Origin: an uncultured Planctomycetota bacterium
Lineage (GTDB): Bacteria > Planctomycetota > PLA2 > JAEUHO01
DNA: 64,000 nt
Reading direction: 5' to 3'
NCBI GenBank assembly: GCA_963752285.1
Contig: CAVVXN010000005.1
Location: 608,001 to 672,000, forward strand
In this document: piece by piece, positions 59,810-64,000 of the stretch
Numbering within the stretch: the stretch's first letter is position 1
Layout: the number at the start of each line of letters is the position of its first letter
Translations under genes and position numbers: made by a program
Notes under the pieces: generated by a model
Seen by the model: only the letters and a program-made list of their open reading frames with translations
Told to the model about the DNA's origin: nothing
Databases searched by the model: none

Positions 59810-60181
59810 TCACGGGAGCGCGCGGTCGCGACCGTGGAGCGCCACCGCCCCCACGGCCAGCGCGACGGCGGCGAGGACGAGATACGGCCCCCAGGCGCCC
59901 ACCCCGACGAGCGCGGCGCCGGCGGCGAAGAGCGTGAGCGCCGGGAAGAGCACCCACGAGAGCGTGCGCGTGCGCATCATCCACACGCCCGCGAGCGGGG
60001 CGATCCCGAGCAGGCCCAGTCCCAGCCACTGCCGGATCCAGCGGACCGCCGTCTCGACCGACGCCTCGACCTGCTGAACTTCCTCGGGAGAGCGATACCG
60101 GCCCACGTCGGACGAGATCGCCGCCAGGGCGAACACCGCGGCGCCGAGCAGGACGAAGAACAGCCACACCGCACGACCCAT
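59810..60181 (-). CDS. Small membrane protein (4 TM)
   Basis: AAGGGAGG SD; MGRAVWLFFVLLGAAVFALAAIS... Confidence 0.65.
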   Translation of the reverse strand: MGRAVWLFFVLLGAAVFALAAISSDVGRYRSPEEVQQVEASVETAVRWIRQWLGLGLLGIAPLAGVWMMRTRTLSWVLFPALTLFAAGAALVGVGAWGPYLVLAAVALAVGAVALHGRDRALP

Positions 60182-60210
60182 CGGACCTCCCTTACGGCGT
60201 CTCTCTCGGC

Positions 60211-62052
60211 TCAACGGAGCGCGCGACCGTCGCGGTAGCGGGTCAGCTCGTCCCGGAGGGCGGCGCCGAGCCGGGGGTCCTTCGACCCCGCGCCCGCGAG
60301 GGCCCGCTCGGCGGTGCGGGCCGCGTCCAGGAAGTGCCCGGCGGACGCCTGCGCGGCCGCGAGCGCCCGAAGCGCGCCGACGTCGGCGTAGTGGGTGATC
60401 TCGCACGCCTTCCGGGCGTACTCCATGGCGCGGGCGGGGTCGCGGAGCGCCGCGTCGGGGCACGTCGCGAGCTCGTAGCCCAGGAGCGTCGGAGCGCGAG
60501 GGTCGTCCGGGTTGCGCCGCGCGATGTCGTCCAGCTGGCCGAACGCGTGCGCGAACTCCTGCCGGTCGAGGAAGAGGTGGACCAGGGCCCAGCCGACCTC
60601 GGGATCGGCCGGCACGAGCGTGCGCGCCTGCTCGAGGTGCACGAGCGCGTCGTCCGTCTTCGACTGCGCGAGCAGCGCCAGGCCGTAGTACTTCTGGGCG
60701 GTGAAGAGGCGCGGCGCCAGCTCGACGGCGCGCGCGAGGTGCACGAGCGCGTCGTCCTTGCGTCCGACCTTGTCGAGCGCCACCGCCATCTCGACGTGCA
60801 CCATCGGGGCGCGCTCGCGGATCGAGAGCGCCTGTCGGAAGTGTGCGAGGGCGTCGGGGTAGCGGGCGAGCCGGAGCAGCGAGGCGCCGAGGCCGGCGTG
60901 CGCGCGCGACACGTTCGGGTCCTCCGTCAGCGCCTTCTCGAAGATCGGGACGGCGGCCGCCGCCTCGCCCTTCTCGAGGAGCGCCGACCCCTCCTGGATG
61001 TCCCGGAAGTTCCCGACCGCCGGGATCGTGATGTCCTCGATCGCGTCGGGGGCCGCGTTCAGGAACTCCGGCAGGTTCACCGCGCGGTTGCCGGCGGTCG
61101 AGTTGGGGACGAGCACCGCCGGGGTGTCGTTGCCCTCCTCGTCGAGGTGGGTGAGGAAGAGCTGGGTGAAGGGGGTGTTCGTCTTCGAGGTGAACGCGAG
61201 CCATCGTCCGTTCGGCGAGAAGGTGTGCCACGAGTTCATGACCTCGAGGTTGCATCGCATCTCGCGCGCCGTGCCGCCCTCGAAGGGGACGATCCAGAGG
61301 CGTCCGTCGGGACGGAGCAGCTGGCCGTTCTTGCACTTGGTGAAGACGATCCACCGCCCGTCGGGGGAAACCTTCGGGAAGGTGTTGCTCATGCCGTTTC
61401 GGGAGGCGCCCTCGATCGGGACGGCCTCGCCTCCCTTCCCGCCGGCGAAGGGGATGCGACAGAGGTCGTACTGGATCTGCGGCTCGCGCGGGTCGTTGGG
61501 GTACCGCGCCATCTCCTGTCCGGGGCGGTAGGGGTCGAAGGCGGCCGCGCGGGAGAACACGATCCACTTCCCGTCCGGGCTCCACACGCCGTTCGTGTGG
61601 ACGAACGCCGGGTCGTCGGCGCCGGGCAGCGCCTCGATCCGCCCCGTGTCGCGTGCGTACCAGGCCAGGATGCCGCGCGTCGGGAAGAAGACCTGGACGA
61701 AGCGGTAGTCCTGGAAGTTCGCGACGTAGAGCGACTCGTTCACCGTGGAGACTACCGTCTGGCCGTCCGGCGAGACGCGGGAGAGGAAGCCCAGCGTCAT
61801 CGTGCCCTTCGGCCGTCCCGGGAAGGAGTTCCACGAGAGGATGCGGTCGCGGTCCACGACCATGTGCGAGGCCACGGGGGCCAGCATGTATGCGCCCTTG
61901 TCGCCGTCGGGCCCGTCCACGTCCATGCCCATCGTCTTCCCGTCGCGGGAGAACGAGTGACAGTTCGCGCAGGTGGGCATCTCCCGTAGGACGACCCGGC
62001 TCTCCGGTTTCGACAGGTCTCGGAGGCGCCACCGGATGAGGGGGATCGCGTC
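60211..62052 (-). CDS. C-terminal part of a CxxCH + PD40/TolB-like propeller + TPR lipoprotein (after frameshift)
   Basis: DAIPLIRWRLRD...PTCANCHSFS, SPDG repeats (WSPDGKWIVF, VSPDGRWIVF, FSPNGRWLAF), then TPRs. Confidence 0.85.
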   Translation of the reverse strand, partial: DAIPLIRWRLRDLSKPESRVVLREMPTCANCHSFSRDGKTMGMDVDGPDGDKGAYMLAPVASHMVVDRDRILSWNSFPGRPKGTMTLGFLSRVSPDGQTVVSTVNESLYVANFQDYRFVQVFFPTRGILAWYARDTGRIEALPGADDPAFVHTNGVWSPDGKWIVFSRAAAFDPYRPGQEMARYPNDPREPQIQYDLCRIPFAGGKGGEAVPIEGASRNGMSNTFPKVSPDGRWIVFTKCKNGQLLRPDGRLWIVPFEGGTAREMRCNLEVMNSWHTFSPNGRWLAFTSKTNTPFTQLFLTHLDEEGNDTPAVLVPNSTAGNRAVNLPEFLNAAPDAIEDITIPAVGNFRDIQEGSALLEKGEAAAAVPIFEKALTEDPNVSRAHAGLGASLLRLARYPDALAHFRQALSIRERAPMVHVEMAVALDKVGRKDDALVHLARAVELAPRLFTAQKYYGLALLAQSKTDDALVHLEQARTLVPADPEVGWALVHLFLDRQEFAHAFGQLDDIARRNPDDPRAPTLLGYELATCPDAALRDPARAMEYARKACEITHYADVGALRALAAAQASAGHFLDAARTAERALAGAGSKDPRLGAALRDELTRYRDGRALR

Positions 62053-62744
62053 GGGGGGAGGGGCTGGACCACGCCTTTCACGTCGGGCGCCGGCATCAGC
62101 GGGACGTCCCGGTAGAACACCGGCGCGCCGATCGGGTCCTTCGAGACGGAGAGGTGGACCACGCCGCGCGAACGCGCGGCGCCCGGCCGGTCCGCGGCGA
62201 ACCCGACGAACGTGACGGTCGCGGTGACGCCCGCGCCGTGGCGCCTCACCTCGCTCCAGATCTCCTCGCTCGGCGTCCAGGAGCGCGCGGAGGCCTGGTA
62301 CGGCGTGGGCGTGTACACCTGGGTGGTCAGCCCGATCGCCTCCTCGTCCACCGAGGGCGCGGGCGGGGGCGGGCCCGTCACGACGACGTCGAGGGCGTCG
62401 CCGTCGGGGAACGCGAGGTCCACGAGCCACGCGTCCGTGTCCTTCGTGTCGTCGTGCCAGAGGAAGGTGGGTGGCACGAGGTCGGGCGGGTAGACGGTCT
62501 CGTCCTTCGGGTAGTCGACGACGACCGTGCCCGCCGGCGGGGTTCCTCTCGCGTCGGACACCATCTTCCGAAGGGCCTGGTCCGCGGGGTCCGAGGAGGC
62601 GTCTGGCAGGCGGCGCTCCGGCGCGATCGCCCCGGCGCGCGCGGAGGCCGGCGACGTGTCGGCCTCGCGCCCGCAGGCGGAGAGCAGGACCAGGAGGGCC
62701 CCGGCGGGGGCGAGGAGAACGGCGGGGAGGCCCGCGAAGCGCAT
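62053..62744 (-). CDS. N-terminal part of the same lipoprotein (before frameshift)
   Basis: Lipobox LLVLLSAC, DYPKDETVYPPDLVPPTFLW, APVFYRDVPLMP. The frame loses coding character after QPLPP (formal stop at 61797). Confidence 0.8.
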
Positions 62745-62823
62745 CGGCGTACGTGCTCTCGAGGAAGGGGAGGACCGAGGATACGACCGAATCCGCCACC
62801 GCGGGGGAGGGAGGACCGCGCCG

Positions 62824-62862
62824 GAAACGAAGGCGGCCCGGGCCGGCGAACCGGCCCGGGCC
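62824..62862 (-). terminator. Terminator-like hairpin downstream of 63968-63015
   Basis: 12-bp stem GGCCCGGGCCGG/CCGGCCCGGGCC with a UUCG loop on the minus strand, followed by GCCTTCGTTTC. Confidence 0.6.
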
Positions 62863-63014
62863 CTACAGGACGACCCGGAGAGGGGTCGCTATGGAGGGGG
62901 GGATCGGGTTGATGGCGTCGGCAGCCGTCTCACGAATCTCGCCAGCTCGGCCGCCGTGTCACCCCTTCCGTGTCGCCCAGGATCACATGCGTCGTTTCGA
63001 TGGAGCCCCGCGGC

Positions 63015-63968
63015 TCACTTCCCGTAGTCGGAGCCCGAGCCCGAGGGGTGCTGCCCGGTGCCCGTGCCCGTGCCACCCGTGGGGTTCGACGGCGGGGACT
63101 CGGAGGGCATGCCGCTCTCGCTGCCGCCCTCGAGACCGATCGACTTCGCCAGGTCGGGCGCCTCACTGGACAGCTTCTGGCGGAGCGCCGGCAGGTCCTT
63201 CGCCTCGAACCGCTGCTCGTCCCACTGACCGTCCTTGTCCGACCAGGCGTGGAGCACGGCCTGGTCGTTCGTGACGCCCACGTCCACCTCGAGGACGCTC
63301 GAGCCGCCCATGGTGTCCGTGGGGTGCGTCCCGCTGGGCGGGTTCGTGCCGGCCGGGGGGGGCGTGCTCGTCGAGCGGCTCGCCGCCGGGGCGTGGATGT
63401 CGAACTCGTCGAGGTCCTTCGCCATCGACTGGAGCTCCGACATCCCGGTCATGTCCTTCAGGTCGGGGTTCTGCTGGATGATGTCGCCGAGGTCCTTGCC
63501 CAGGTACACGTACTCGCCCTTCGCGTTCTTGACGTAGAGGCGGGTGGTGTCGCTGTCACTCGTGCGCAGCAAGGAGAGCGACGGCGCGTTGATCCAGATC
63601 CGGTACCCCGGCTCGAGGGTGGTCACCTGGACCTTGTTGTCCAGGTCGGTCTTGACCCGCTGGCTCAGGGTGTCGAGCTCGGGGTTCTCCTTGAGCGTCG
63701 GGTTCGTCTCGACGATCTTGGCGTAGGTCGGTCCACGGAACACCTGCCAGGACCCGGTGTCCTGGCGGACGTACAGGATTCCCTGCTCCTGGTATCGCGG
63801 CTGCTCGAAGAGCGCCGCGTCGGTGCCGACGCGGAAGATCGGCGTGTGCAGGCTCAGGTTGATGCCGAATCCGGCGGGGCCGTCCCCCGCGCGGGCCGTC
63901 GTGACGAGCGCGAGCCCCGCGCAGAGCGCGATCGCGCCGAGCACCAAACTCATCTTCTTTGCATTCAT
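63015..63968 (-). CDS. Exported hypothetical protein with low-complexity P/T/G/S linkers
   Basis: Signal peptide MNAKKMSLVLGAIALCAGLALVTTARA; GAGG SD; strong GC3 bias. Confidence 0.8.
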   Translation of the reverse strand: MNAKKMSLVLGAIALCAGLALVTTARAGDGPAGFGINLSLHTPIFRVGTDAALFEQPRYQEQGILYVRQDTGSWQVFRGPTYAKIVETNPTLKENPELDTLSQRVKTDLDNKVQVTTLEPGYRIWINAPSLSLLRTSDSDTTRLYVKNAKGEYVYLGKDLGDIIQQNPDLKDMTGMSELQSMAKDLDEFDIHAPAASRSTSTPPPAGTNPPSGTHPTDTMGGSSVLEVDVGVTNDQAVLHAWSDKDGQWDEQRFEAKDLPALRQKLSSEAPDLAKSIGLEGGSESGMPSESPPSNPTGGTGTGTGQHPSGSGSDYGK

Positions 63969-64000
63969 CCGTAGGTTCCTCTCTCATTGCGGATAGGGGG

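Noticed and set aside
186..63996. Many long Arg/Gly/Pro-rich ORFs in the track (e.g. 308-3133, 8623-11208, 13505-16261, 28888-31731, 38202-40832)
   Set aside because: Shadow frames of real genes caused by stop-codon scarcity in high-GC DNA; no protein motifs.
1..64000. CRISPR array, cas genes, integrase, transposase, prophage, rRNA
   Set aside because: No regularly spaced repeats or recognisable motifs were seen.

Overview
A 64-kb, very GC-rich (roughly 70-75% by eye) bacterial chromosomal segment. The gene content (PEP-CTERM, HEAT/TPR/WD40 proteins, a C25 peptidase, DUF1579-like and carboxypeptidase-regulatory-like proteins, lpxH, dacB) suggests a diderm organism, most plausibly an uncultured Planctomycetota; this is inference only. 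About 1-36 kb is dense housekeeping: polyprenyl synthase, phoB-phoR, rhomboid, tRNA-Val(CAC), beta-CASP nuclease, lon, DnaJ/CbpA, lpxH, radical SAM, dacB, rarA, suhB, bacterial XPB plus partner gene, Nfu-N, and a PaaZ/BoxD-type dehydrogenase. About 36-46 kb is a looser accessory region around tRNA-Leu(CAA) with orphan ORFs and gene fragments, ending in a plant-type soluble acyl-ACP desaturase. It is followed by fabH, an RRM protein, MFS, PEP-CTERM, GNAT, VOC, an anion permease, PAP2, arsR-arsC and a frameshifted CxxCH/PD40/TPR lipoprotein. I saw no CRISPR array, integrase, transposase or rRNA. Most notable: (1) the desaturase naturally carries residues equivalent to engineered chain-shortening mutations of the castor enzyme; (2) fabH appears to start at a non-canonical AUC codon behind a structured leader; (3) the XPB partner looks like a TFIIH p52/p8-like protein; (4) many genes appear leaderless. 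All family calls come from visual motif recognition, not database searches.
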